Source: Octopus vulgaris (Eukaryota). Taken from it: a stretch of DNA of 64,000 nucleotides. Of this stretch, positions 36,810 through 50,277 are shown piece by piece (the stretch's first letter is position 1; each line of letters begins with the position of its first letter). The stretch covers positions 21,452,001-21,516,000 of the forward strand of contig OX597822.1 of assembly GCA_951406725.2 (NCBI GenBank). Reading direction: 5' to 3'. The notes under the pieces were generated by a model. It was not told where the DNA came from, did no database searches, and was given only the letters and a program-made list of their open reading frames with translations. The translations under genes and the position numbers were made by a program.

Positions 36810-38293
36810 TATGCTATCTGAATCTCAATCTAGCCTCCGATCCGGTAGCGGGACAATGGATATAATTTTCATAGCAAGACAGATGCAGGAGTGCTATGAG
36901 CAGAATATGGATCTTGTCCAGGTATTCATTGATTTAACCAAGGCCTTTGGTACTGTGAATAAGGTTTTGCTATGGAAAATACTTGGCAAACTTGGATGTC
37001 CAAATCACTTTGTATCTATAATTAAATCCTTTCATGATGGGATGGAGGCTTGGGTCAATGTTGGTGGTGCCATGGCGGGACCCATTCTTGTAGAGAATGG
37101 TATCAAGCAGGGTAACATTTTACCTCAACTCTCTTTTCTTTGTACTTTGCTGCTACTTTTACTTATGCTTTTGCTAAGCTCTCTGAGAATATATGTTGGG
37201 TATTGATCTTCTGGCTGCCTCTTTAATCTGCGTCGGTTTGCTGCCAATTCAAAAGTTTTCCTGTCTCTTATTTGTGATCTCCTTTATGCAGATGATTGTG
37301 ACTTAGTCACTCATACAGTGGATGACATGCAAATACTCATGAATTACATTTCTGTTTTTTGCAAGGCATTTGGACTCAGCATTAGCCTGGACAAGACTTG
37401 TAATGTTCCATCCTGCACCAGGAAATCCATATGTGGAACCAGCTATCTTGGTTGAAGAAACAATATTGAAAGTGGTAGACAAGTTTGTCTACCTGAGCAG
37501 CACATTCAGCCATTCTTGCTCCCTGGATGATGAAATATCTTTCAGGCTGCAGAAAGCAACTGATTCCTTCCAGTCTCTTGAGTCTCGTGTCTAGTCCCAG
37601 TATGGCATCACAAGGCAAGCAAAAGTTGCTGTGTACTGTGCATGTGTACTGGCATCACTCCTTTATTCATGTGAAACATGAACCCTTTACAAACATCATA
37701 TAAGGGTCCTTGAACGCCTTCATCAGAGATGTTTGAGACAAATTCTTAATGTTGGCTGGACTTTAAAAACTCCAGATGCACAGGTCCTGAGAAAAGCTGA
37801 TATCTTGGGTATTGAGGTGATGGTGCACAGGCACCAGTTATGGACACCTTATTAGAATGAAGCATAGCAGGATCCCTAAACAGATCCTATATGGGGAACA
37901 TGTTAGTGGAAAGAAACACCAGCAGAAACAAAGGCTGTGATTTAAGGACTGTGTCAAGTCCTCATTAAAGGCTTGTGATAGTAGGAGACTGACTAGGAGA
38001 GCAGTGCCTGTCATCACCACAGATGGAGAAGCAGGTTAAGGAGGGGGGTCAACACCTTTGGAAGAACACTATTCTGCATGAAGAATTTAAGTGTGTTGCT
38101 CAAAAGTGCACTGCTAGTGTAGTGAATAGGGCAAACTTGGTTTGCAATATTTGCAGTTGTGTATGCTTGCCAAGAGCAGGCCTCATTAGCCACCAACAGA
38201 GCCACAAATGCAAAATATAAGTTAGTCCTAGAGCGTGCAATGTTCTTAAAGGTTAGCAATGGTCTTCCTTGGTCACAAGTGGATGGCCATCAT
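36810..38293 (+). mobile_element. RTE (BovB-like) LINE, 5'-truncated pseudogene
   Basis: ESQ..R.G.GTMDIIFIARQMQE...FIDLTKAF...LGCP...GIKQG; LLYADD at about 37280; FVYLSST; C-terminal C2H2-like CNICSCVCLPRAGLISHQQSH; multiple stops. Confidence 0.9.
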
Positions 38294-38497
38294 GTGTGTA
38301 TGCATGCATTTAAAACTCAACCACTGCGATGATTTGAATTAGTCTATCAATGGTGGCGATTGAGAAAAGTTAAGAATTTCTGAAGTAACTACATAACAAT
38401 TTCTCAGCCATATTCTTTATTCCATTGCTATTTCATTAGTGCCAGCTCACCCACACAGAACACGCATATGCACAAGCACACATATATATATACTTCA

Positions 38498-38725
38498 GGC
38501 GGCGAGCTGGCAGAAATGTTAGCACGCCGGGCGAAATGCGTAGCCGTATATCGTCTGTCGTTACATCCCGAGTTCAAATTCCGTTGAGGTCGACTTTGCC
38601 TTTCATCCTTTCGGGATCGATAAATTAAGTACCAGTAACACACTGGGGTCGATGTAATCGACTTAATCCCTTTGTTTGTCCTTATTTGTCCCCTCTATGT
38701 TTAGCTCCTTGTGGGTAGTAAAGAA
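38498..38725 (+). mobile_element. SINE family B, young CpG-rich copy, 16 bp TSD
   Basis: A/B boxes intact; atatatatatacttca at 38482-38497 and 38726-38741. Confidence 0.92.
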
Positions 38726-40616
38726 ATATATATATACTTCATATTAACAATACTGTTCCCTATTTTCTATAAAAGAGAGCCATTATTTGATGTTTAAGTA
38801 TTTATTACAAGTTTATACTCCTAAATCACACAATCAATTTTTCCTTTTAACCTTATTGCCATTTTCTCACCTATTCTCTATTTTGTTTGCAAGTGGATAA
38901 CTCAAGAACTGAGTCTTTCAATGCCAATTCCATACTTCATAAGATATTTTTACTTGATTTCCCAAGAAATATATTATGATTTAAAAATTGATAACACCTA
39001 TGTGATCTATTTCCATTTTCTGTCATGACTTCTCCAACTATTCTCTTAACATTTGATTTACATAATTTGCAAACTGAAATTACAAAACTGACCTCTTATC
39101 AATAGCTTTGGGCACTCTGAGTTTAGTTATTTTGATTTCCTTTGGGTCATCAGATGCATAAGTTAAATTAGTTGTAATAATTAACTAAAAATTAAATATA
39201 GAATGATTAACATACATAGTAGATACATGTTTAACTTTTAGCACACTGTAGGTGCATCATGTCACCATATAAGTTTTTTCCCCAGTAGTAACAGGGCAGT
39301 GGCAGGGGAAACATTTCTAGAGCAAATGCAGTGGTTTAAGGTTAATGTCCTGAATTTCTGATGACATGGTCATTACAGAATTACTATTATTTTAATAATT
39401 TCTCTTGCATCACAGTAGAAAATATCAACCAGACCTGTATAATATACCTACAATGATATTAAATAAATTTTCAGTAATTTAGCTATATAGTAAACTCTTC
39501 TTTGCCAGAGGATACCTTTAAAGCGGGCTATTGAATGGTTATTAGTCAATGCATCATTCCTCAAAACTTGTTGTGGTATAGAAACAAGGAACCTGATAAA
39601 AGAAGTAACAAACAAACTAGAACCAACTGAACATGCACTTAAAGATATTATTGTTTGGATTATGTGGATGGACCAGAAAACAATGAAATGGGTTTAAAAA
39701 TAAGCAAAACTGCCACAATAAAATGGGTTTAACAATAAGTGAAACTGTCATTGACAAATTTGAAAAGTACTTGAAATGGATTTGGAAATAGTGAGAAGTA
39801 TGAAATAGGTAATGCAATAGATTCTAAGAGATCACAAAAGAAACCAAGGATGTCAGGAGAAATTGGATATATTTCACATAAAACCAAAGCTTAGAAATAT
39901 AAAGAAGGTCTTCACCTAGCACTGGGAATGTAATTTCATTGATTAAATGTTGCATTGTTATTTATTTTCAATATTATCCATTTCATCTATAAAATTATTG
40001 TGTACCATCCTTTAAATATATATCAAATTTACCTGATGATAAAAAGAATATTTTTAATCTTATACTTGATGTTATAATCCCTAGATGTAAAACAAAAATG
40101 CAAGATCTCAGCTTCAACCTGTTAAGTTGCAATCATCTTTGGTGTGGATAGATCCATAACATTCCCGTAATCAGACTATTTTATTAGTCAATATCAAGAA
40201 TAAATCATATGATCATGTAGATTTGGCAGTTAGAATGCCTTGGTTTTCAGATGTTTAATCCACATACTCTCTGATATAACCCTAATATTATAACCTTAAT
40301 ATTATTTGGAGTTATTGGAACCTGAATACTATTTGAAGAGAAGTAAGATTTATTCACTGCTTCCCTTGAAGAAAGGCTGCAGTCTAAATGAAGCATGACA
40401 TATTTCAATGGATTGGGGAAAGGAACTCTAAGCACGAATCAAAGTTTGTGTTATTCTTGTTGCAGCTATTGCTATGGTTATTTATGATAATGATAATTAT
40501 GATGATAATTTGGGATATATATACTTTATTGTTTCCATATAATCTCTGAGATATTGATCCCAAAGCAAGAACAGAGAACAGAACAAAAATGAGTAAAGTG
40601 GCAATATCATATATTT

Positions 40617-40620
40617 TATG

Positions 40621-40660
<40 letters not shown>

Positions 40661-40816
40661 AATGTGTGTGTGTATGTGTATGTATATATATATATGCATA
40701 TATATATATATGTATATATATATACATGTATGTATATATACATGTATATATATATGTGTGTATATATATATAGATGTATATATATATATATAAATGAATA
40801 TATATGTATATATGTG

Positions 40817-40848
<32 letters not shown>

Positions 40849-41012
40849 TATATGCATGTACATATATATATACATATGTATGTATATATATATATGCATG
40901 TATATATATATGTATGTATATGTATCTATATGTATGTGTGTACATACATATATGTGTATATATATATATCTGTATATATATATGTATATAAGTGTGTACA
41001 TACATATATATG

Positions 41013-41047
<35 letters not shown>

Positions 41048-41144
41048 GTATATACATATGTGTGTGTACATATATATCTATATATGTGTGTGTGTGTATA
41101 TATATATATGTGTGTGTACATATATGTATATATGTGTGTGTGTA

Positions 41145-41180
<36 letters not shown>

Positions 41181-41198
41181 CATACATACACATATACA

Positions 41199-41254
<56 letters not shown>

Positions 41255-41808
41255 CATACATATAAACATCTATAAATATATATGTATATATATATAATAC
41301 ATACATACATACATATATACATCTATATATATATATATGTATATATCGATATATATATCTATATATGCAATATGCTCGCCATTAACACAAACCTCAGAAT
41401 TAGCTCTTAGACAACCTATGCATATTACAAATAGAATAAGCACATACTACTGTAACAGCAAAAGTACATGTTTCTGGAACAATAAAGATCTTGGCCACTA
41501 TAAAAGAGGTAGTATAGAAGCCAACACCGTTTCATATCCTGATGATGATAGGGAGATAGCTTGAGAAGGTAGATAACAATGAATTTTAGAACTTTATTAC
41601 TATATTACTCCAAACTACTGCAAGTGTCTTATAGAGGATTACAAAAGAAAACTCCAATGAACCAAGTTTTAACTGGAACTCCATAACATGTCTAACTGAA
41701 AAGATATATCCTGTATATATATACACACACACACACATATATATATACATACATATACACACACATATATATATACATATATATATATACATGTATATAT
41801 ATATACAT

Positions 41809-41849
<41 letters not shown>

Positions 41850-42103
41850 CGTGTGTGTATATACATATATATGTATATATATATATATACATATATATGT
41901 GTGTATATATATATATATCTATATCTATATGCACACACACACATATATATATATATACACGCACACACATAGATAGATAGATAGATTGATAGATATAGAT
42001 ATATACATGCACACATTTGTCTATCCATCCATCAATGTTTGTATGTATGTATGCATCAATCTATATATCTGTACATAAATAGATCTGCATGTATAAATAT
42101 GTA

Positions 42104-42169
<66 letters not shown>

Positions 42170-42740
42170 CATACATGTATAGGGCAGTATTTATAAATAC
42201 ATATGTTTGTGTATATCATATATGGAGATGCATGTATAGACATTGATAGACAGACACACATAATTATGTATATATGTACAAATATGTATAAATATATGTG
42301 TTTATATATTTGTGTGTGTGTATGTATGTGTTCATGTGTTTGTATCATTTATCTAACATGAGCTGTTAGATAAAAATAAAGCTTTATCAATTTATCTAAA
42401 TGGGGGTGCAGTAGTCTTTAGTTTTGTGTTGTTCTCATATCTGGAATAAGATTTATTGCTCCCTGAAGGCATAGTTTTCGGAAATGACAATAATGGAACC
42501 CACGCATGCACACATGCATATACATCCAATCACGTTTATATATGAAATTATATTGCTGGAAATGCTTTAAAATAACTTTGTCAGTGTATATGTTCATAAT
42601 CACATGCAAGTCTTTATATACCAGAGCATAGTCACATTGTTGTATGTATCTGTGTATGTGTGCAGTGGATGTTGTGTATGTATAAATATGTTTAAGTGTG
42701 ATTATATATGTGGGTATATATATATGTGTGTGTGTGTGTG

Positions 42741-42811
<71 letters not shown>

Positions 42812-42875
42812 GTACACACACACACACACACACACATATATGTATGTACGTGTGTGTGTGTGTGTGTTTATATAC
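40617..42875. repeat. Compound (TA)/(CA)/(TG)/(CT) microsatellite field with unique inserts
   Basis: Direct reading. Confidence 0.92.
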
Positions 42876-43139
42876 TGAGCCATAGATAATTACTTCATTT
42901 TGTTTTTATAGCCATATACTGAGGCTTCTGACATATTTTAGTGTTTTCTTTTTAAGCCGCTTAGATTTTTCTAGGAAACATTTATTAGTGCCAAAGAACT
43001 TGACTTAGGTACTGAATTCCTGTGGACGTGGTTGTTGGCTGAGTTAAATAACAACTGATGTAAATTGCTTTCTGAAGTCACCAGATTCCATTTTTGCTTG
43101 ATTAATCAAGGAAAACTGTAATTCACAATAATAATGGGT

Positions 43140-43348
43140 TTCAAGTTTTGGCACAAGGCCAGCAAGTTAAAGGGAGAGGTTAAGTCAATTATATCGATCC
43201 CAGTGCTCCACTGGTACTTATTTCATTGACCCTGAAAGCATGAAAAGCAAAGTCGACTTCAGCAGAATTTGAACTCAGAACATAAAGACGGACAAAATAC
43301 TGCTGATCATTTTCCTGAAGTGCTAATGATTCTGCCAACTCTCTGCCT
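43140..43348 (-). mobile_element. SINE family B, (ATT) subtype
   Basis: Reverse complement of 10070-10288; flanked by TAA units. Confidence 0.85.
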
Positions 43349-43379
43349 TAATAATAATAATAATAATAATAATGATAAT

Positions 43380-43860
43380 GGACAAAAAAAGATAAGGCAA
43401 AAATACTCTGGGACTTTGATTTCCAAACAAACAAAGTATTAGAGCACCAAAGGCCGGATATAGTAACCTTTAGGTGAGACAAACAAGAGTGCCTAATCGA
43501 AGAAGCAGTGCCAGGAGATCAACAAATCATCATGAAAGAAAAGAGAAAAAGTTAATGAATATGGATACCTGAGAATTGAGATAACTAAGATGTGGCAGCC
43601 ACAAGAGTCAAAGATAACGGTTATCTCTTATTGTCATTGGAACATTGGGTTCAATATCACTCAATCTGAAAAATCATCTAAAAACCTTAGAAATATCCTA
43701 TGATCTAGATGTATTGCAAAAGTTGGCATTACTTGAAACTTCATGCGTATTGCATAAAGTATTGTATGTCTGAGGTCTTTGTGTCTTGACAAACAGTACA
43801 AACCCCTGGTAGACACATCTTCAATCAACAACCTCACAATATTGTATACTGTGTAACATC

Positions 43861-43861
<1 letters not shown>
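43380..43861 (+). mobile_element. R4/Dong-clade LINE, short 3' fragment (endonuclease plus UTR)
   Basis: DKAKILWDFDFQTNKVLEHQRPDIV...CLIE...LRIEITKMW...IVIGTLG; (TAA)n at both ends. Confidence 0.82.
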
Positions 43862-43907
<46 letters not shown>

Positions 43908-45490
43908 GCTGGAAACACTACTACAGACAGTACATGGATTCACCAAAGAAGCAAATATGAAATTTGGCTTAGAAAAATGTGCCAAAGCCACCTTGAAAAG
44001 AGGAAAACTAGTTAAGAGTAGCAACATCACATTAGATAAAGCCAATGAAATAAGAGAATTAGACCAAAGCCAAACTTACAAATATTTAGGAATCACTGAA
44101 CTAGATACGATATAACACACACAAATGAAAGATAAAATAAAGAAAGAATGCTATAGACAAGTTAGACCAATACTGAAAGTAGAGCTCAATGCTAAAAACA
44201 AGATAATAGGTATCAACACTCTAGCTGTCCCAGCTATAAGTTACAGCTACAATATCCTTAACTTGACACTAAATGAACTAACCAAAGTAGACAGGAAAAC
44301 AAGAAAAATAATGACAAGATCTAGGATGCACCACCCAAAATCTGACATAGAAAGGCTATATTTACAATGTATAGAAGCTGGAAAACTATTATAAAATAAC
44401 CACCATAGGACTGCAAAAATACCTTCTTTAGAAGCAAGGAAAACTTATACAAATAGCGGCAAAACACGAGCAAAACAAAAAACTGTTTTCAATATTTAAG
44501 GAAGTTGACAAATACGAACAAGAAGTCATACTATCTAACAAATATGAAGAAGAAGAAACAACAAAAGCTATAAAACACATGAAATCCAAACTAAATCTAG
44601 AACAGCAATAGACCTTGATAAAACGATGGCAAAAAAAGCCCCTTCATAGAAAGTACTGGGCTAAACTAAATGCAAAAGAAATAGAGAAAAATCCCAGCAA
44701 TGGTTGAGAAGCTCAGGACTCAAAGCAGAGACTGAATGATTTTTGATTGCAGCCCAAGACCAAGGCCTCCCCACCAGAAATTACCAAAAACATATAATGA
44801 AAAGAAACATAACAAGTAACTGCAGAATAAGTGGAGGTGGACAAGAAACAATAAATCAAATTATCTCTGGCTGCCCAGTCCTGGCTAAGAAGGAATATAT
44901 TCACAGATATGACAGAGTTGAGACCTACATTCACTGGATGCTATGCCAACACTATGGAATAACAACAGAAAAAAGATGGTATATGCATATGCCAGAAAAG
45001 GTCATAGAAAATGAGAAAGCAACCATACTCTGGGATATGCCAATATACACAGATAGAGAAATTAAGGCCAATAGGCTTGATATAGTTGTCAGAGATCATG
45101 AAGGAAAAAAATGCTTTCTAATTGATGTATCAGTACCAGCAGATGACAATGTTTCTCTAAAAGAAATGAAGAAACTTTCAAAATATGAAGACCTGGAAAT
45201 AGAGGTAACTCGAAAGTGGAATCTAAAAACAGAAACAATTCCTATCATAGTTGATGCATTAGATATGATAAAAAAAGTATTCAGACAAATACATAACAAA
45301 AACACTAGGACTTACAAATATATATAACACAGAAAATTGCACTACTGGGCACTGCCCACATCCTATGAAAAACACTTTCAATACAGTAACCATCAGAGCA
45401 TCACAGCAAACCACAGCACATACCCAAGGTGCACACAGATGCGCTCAGTAGTGAAGTGAGAGCACATTATAAAATTATAACTACTGAAGA
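43908..45490 (+). mobile_element. R4/Dong-clade LINE, 5'-truncated pseudogene
   Basis: MKFGLEKCAK...YKYLG; ORF 44125-44394 LNAKNKIIGINTLAVP...MHHPKSDIERLY; ORF 44743-45327 IAAQDQ...ILWD...RLDIV...IDVSVP...KYEDL; TAA-like tail. Confidence 0.92.
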
Positions 45491-45917
45491 ATAATAAAAA
45501 TAATAAGAATAAGGATAATACTTTTTCGAAATTTGATTTCTGAATACATATAGAACCACAAGTATGTAAAGAGTTTTTTTACCCTAATATTTACATTCTA
45601 TCATTTATAGCTTTATATTTACTTTGAAATCCAATTTCAAAAAAAGATTTATTCAACATTCTCATGAAAGTTCATACATTCTTATGACTTCAATAAAAAA
45701 AATGTTTCTAATCTAGGCACAAAGTGTGAAATTTTCTGGGAAGGGTTAGTTGATTTAATAAAATACAGTATTTTATTTCTAATTTTTTTTCTTCTTACCA
45801 ACCTCAGTAGAAAAAACCCAAAGATGACATTGGTAGGTTTTGAGCTCAGAATGTAAAGATCTGGAACAAATACTGCAAGACATTCTGCTTATTGCTCAAA
45901 ATAATAATGATGATGAT

Positions 45918-46102
45918 GATTTCAAATTTTGGCTCAAGGCCAGAAATTTTGAGGGAGTGGTTAAGTCAATTATATTGGCCTCAATGCTCAACAAGTACAT
46001 ATTTTATCAACTGTGACAGGATAAAAGGCAAAGTTGACTTCAGCGGAATTTGAACTCAGAACATAAAGATGGATGAAATGCTGCTAAGCATTTTGACACC
46101 TT
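45918..46102 (-). mobile_element. SINE family B (a second degenerate copy lies at about 45705-45900)
   Basis: aaaggcaaagttgacttcagcggaatttgaactcagaacataaag. Confidence 0.8.
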
Positions 46103-46147
46103 AATAATAATAATAATAATGATAATATTTTTAATAATTTTTTTTTG

Positions 46148-46557
46148 CTTGACCTTAACCAGTTGAGTATGTCCCTTAGTGGCTGATGATATGTGCATTT
46201 CTGATCACGAGCAGAAGTAGTGGGGGAGCATCATAGCCATGTGTTTAGAGGGATTCTTTAGGGTTTGAATAATTCACCTCTGGTAACATGGGTATTTCGT
46301 TCAACATCCTTAAACAACCCTTATTCAGGGATCTTTTGAGTGGGATGGGCTACTCGACCAGAAGAAAATTCTAACTGGGCCCCACCTGCAAAGTCATGTG
46401 CTGTTTATCTTGATATGAGATCACCATGTCACGCGCATATGGTTGTGATGCATGTGCCTAGTGTACCCTTATCTGATGGGTAGTCATGATGGGTATACTG
46501 GGCTTTGTATATTTTACCCCAGTGTCATTTTGATAGCATGCACTGCTCTCTCACTCC
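46148..46557 (+). mobile_element. Unclassified non-coding element of about 410 bp between (TAA)n tracts
   Basis: GC-richer block with sharp ends; (TAA)n at 46102-46127 and 46559-46589. Confidence 0.5.
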
Positions 46558-46590
<33 letters not shown>

Positions 46591-47376
46591 TTGATGATAT
46601 GACTAAAACAACAATGATCGCTAATACTGGCACAAGGGCAGAAATCCCAATAGAAGTGAATAGAGTCAATAGAAAAATATTCAGGGTATGAGTGGAATTA
46701 ATTTCATTGATCTCAGGATGATGGTAGAAAAACTCGGCTGTAATATGATCTGAACTCAGAACCTCACTTGTCTCCAGCTCCTGAGTGATAGTAATATTAT
46801 TTTGTGAAATCTTTAAAAATGCAAAAATTACTTCAGGAAGGATTGAACTTGGAAAATAACGGTATGTAATTAATTATTGCAAGGTACTTTCTCTCATGTT
46901 CCATGGAATCTACCATTCACCATCATTGCAATCTTAATTGTATCCAGTTTTTGATATGGCCACAGGGCCAACAATTTTGTGGAGAGATGTTTAGTTAATA
47001 GCATCAAGGGCCAGTTCTCGGCTGGTATTTTAATGATTCTGGAGGATGAAAGGCAAAGTTGACCCTAGAAAGATTTCATTTGAACTCAAATTGCAGAGAT
47101 GAAAGAAATACTGCAAGGCATACCCTCAAAGTATGCCCTCTTCATTTCTCCCTCACTCTCTCACTTTCTCACAAAGGATGCTATGTATTGTCCCGTCAGC
47201 AAAATATCTGTTCCTGTTCTTCTATCAGACTTTCACCTTCTCAATACTACACCCCTACTAGATTGAAAGGTCTTGTCTTGTCTTGTGAGTTATCTGGTGA
47301 CCTCACTAGTGTTGGTGCTACTAAAAAGGGACCTGGTGCACCCTCTAAAACCCATCTCAGTAATATATGTGTTAAA

Positions 47377-47708
47377 GAAAGACAGACAACACTATTCTTT
47401 TCGTTTGGGATTTGGTTTGCAAGATTCTTTATGTGAGGTCGTGTGTTGAAGCATATTTTGTTGTGTGCAGGGAGAGTCATTACCTTTTAGGGCCTCATTA
47501 TTTAACACACTCACCGGTAAAGTTTCCACTCATTTACTTATTGAAAGGCAGATAACACTATTCTTTTCGTTTGGGATTTGGTTTGCAAGATTCTTTATGG
47601 GAGTTCGTGTGTTGAAGCATATTTTGTTGTGTGCAGGGAGAGTCATTATCTTTTAGGGCCTCATTATTTAACACACTCACCGGTAAAGTTTCCACTCATT
47701 TACTTATT
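47377..47708. repeat. 166 bp direct tandem duplication (47377-47542, 47543-47708)
   Basis: Near-identical copies read directly. Confidence 0.92.
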
Positions 47709-48817
47709 TGTTTTTCCTAAAATTTTCGTTGTCTTGCAACCTTTTCAATAGTCATTGACTCTGTTTGTTATTCAAGTTGTGTTCTTTTTGATTGCTTGTG
47801 CACATGTGTGTGGGTTAGTGTGTGTGTATATACACATGTATGTATGTATGTGTTTATGTATGCAAGTATGTGTGTGTATGCATGTATGTGTATGTATGTG
47901 TGTGTGCGTATGTATATATGTATGTATTCTGCATATTTATGTGTTTGTGTGTGTGTTTGCATGTGTGTGTACCTGTGTGTGTATGGGTTTTTGTGACTAT
48001 GTACTGTGTCTGTATGTATAGCTGTCTATCTCCATATGTGTAGATGTGTGTCTCCATGTGCGAGGTGAAGTATGTGTATGTATATGGTCATGTGTTTTAG
48101 TTTTTATTTGCATATGTGTGTGTATATGTGTGCTTGCCTGTATCACCTCTTCAGCAAAACATCTGCTTCTCTTGTACTTTCACCTCCTTCATTTGTAGGG
48201 TCTTGCAAGCTACTTGGTTACCTCATTAGTGCTGGTGCCATCAAAAAGCACACATTACACTCTGTAAAGTGACTGGCATTTGGAAATGTATCCAGTTGTA
48301 GAATCTATGCCAAGGCAGACATTGGAGCTTGGCACACTCCTCCACCTCGTTGGTTTCTGTTAAATGATGATGATGATGACACCGTGTAAGTATTTAGGCT
48401 AGGTTTCTGGTTTGAAGATAACTCCCCATCAACCATCTTAGAAGATTTGATAAAATAAAAGGCCATGAATGTTGCCTCTCTCTACTTATCTAAGCAGTTA
48501 AAAACAAAAACAATAACATTGATGTGGCACGGAATTTTGTCAGTAAACAGGTCACGGTCTCAAAGCAATGAAAATATTTTGACAAATTAAATTTAAATGT
48601 TGAAGTGAATCTAACGGTTTTCATGTGTTTCTTAAATGGCTTATGAACACCTTCCACGCTGCAATTGTTTTTGTTCCAGCACACAATCTCAAATCAGGTC
48701 ACTTGCTATGCAAGTACATCTCCGTAATAACATTAATGTAATGCAAAGTATTATCATAAGAACCAGGATTACATAACAATTAAAATAACAACAATTATAA
48801 TTTTTATCATCATTATC

Positions 48818-49070
48818 AAGGAGATGAGCTGGCAGAAATGTTAGTATGCTGGACAAAATGCTTAGCAGCATTTCGTCCGTCATTAGTTCCTGAGCTCAAA
48901 TTCTGCTGAGCTTTTTTTCTCATATCTTTTTTTCTCTTGTATCTTTGCCATTCATACGTTCAGGGTTGATAAAATAAGTACCAGTTGAGCACTGGGGTTG
49001 ATGTAATCGACTTACCACTTCCCTCAAAATTCCTGGTCTTGTTCCTATAAAAGAAAGGATTATTATTATT
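48818..49070 (+). mobile_element. SINE family B, (ATT) subtype
   Basis: gagctggcagaaatgttag...gataaaataagtaccag...ggattattattatt. Confidence 0.85.
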
Positions 49071-50238
49071 AGTAGTAGTAGTATGATATTATTGCGATGA
49101 TGATAAAATATATTAAGGCAGTAACTAGAAAAAGAAACAAATATATTACATTTTCCTTTGTTCTGCTTTTTTTTTTTTGTAATGGCTTTAGAAATTCCAT
49201 TATATTAGTTTGGGAGGTAGAATGAATTGATGGTTAGATTGAGAGATCATCATCACCATCATCATCATCATCATCATCTTCTTTGTTTTTCTATGCTGGA
49301 ATAAATTTAATGGTAGGATAGACAAAGAAAAAGGAGTGAGTACCATTATAGAAAGAGCAACAGTCAGAAAAAGAAGTGAGAGAGAGAAAAAAAAAAGAGA
49401 GACAGAGTGAGAGAAAAAGAGAGAGAAATCTAACTGTTGAAAACAAAAAAGAAGTTTTGAAGAGTATCAAAGATTTTAAGAAGTCGGTGTTTATTTTATG
49501 TTTTACCATTATTTGGTTCTGTGTAAGTTTTACGCTAAGACTTTTGTTTGTTTCAAAATCTGTTAATTTTTAGGTGTGTAGTTTTGAACTGATTTACTAC
49601 TTTCATGGTTGGTTATAACACCAGGGGTGATTTATTCTGATCTTTTTCTTCCTAAATCTTTACTGCTTGATAAATTCATTCATCTTAACATCCATAAATA
49701 TTGATGTTGGAATTCTTTTATAAATGCATTTTTGTATATGTGTGTGCCTGTGTGTGTGTGTATATATATATATTTATATATATATGTGTGTGTATATATA
49801 TATATATATATAAACAACACTCACATGCTTTTTTTCTCTTGTATCTTTGTCTGTCCATGTCAACCTACCTCCAAACCTACCTACCATCTGGCATGTGCAC
49901 ACACAAAGGCACACACATACATATGTGTGTGCATACACTCACATGCACACACACACACACACACAAGACAGGCTTCTTTTTGTTTCGTCTTCTGAATCCA
50001 CTTACAAAGCGTTTGTCGGCCTCAGGCTATAGTAAAAAAACACTTGGCCAAGGTGCCATGCAGAGGAACTGAACCCTAAATCAGGTTATTCCAAAGCTTA
50101 TTTCTTAACCACACACCCATACTTGAGCATATGTGTGTATGTTCATGTGCATAAACTAGTTTTGTATTTTGGAGTAAATTTGGTCACAGACATGAAAACA
50201 CAAACAAGGAAGTACAGTTATTTAGTTATTGATATGCG

Positions 50239-50277
<39 letters not shown>

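Noticed and set aside
40080-40560. Possible Penelope GIY-YIG remnant on the minus strand (ISESMWIKHLK)
   Set aside because: One short motif with frameshifts and no convincing ribozyme core.
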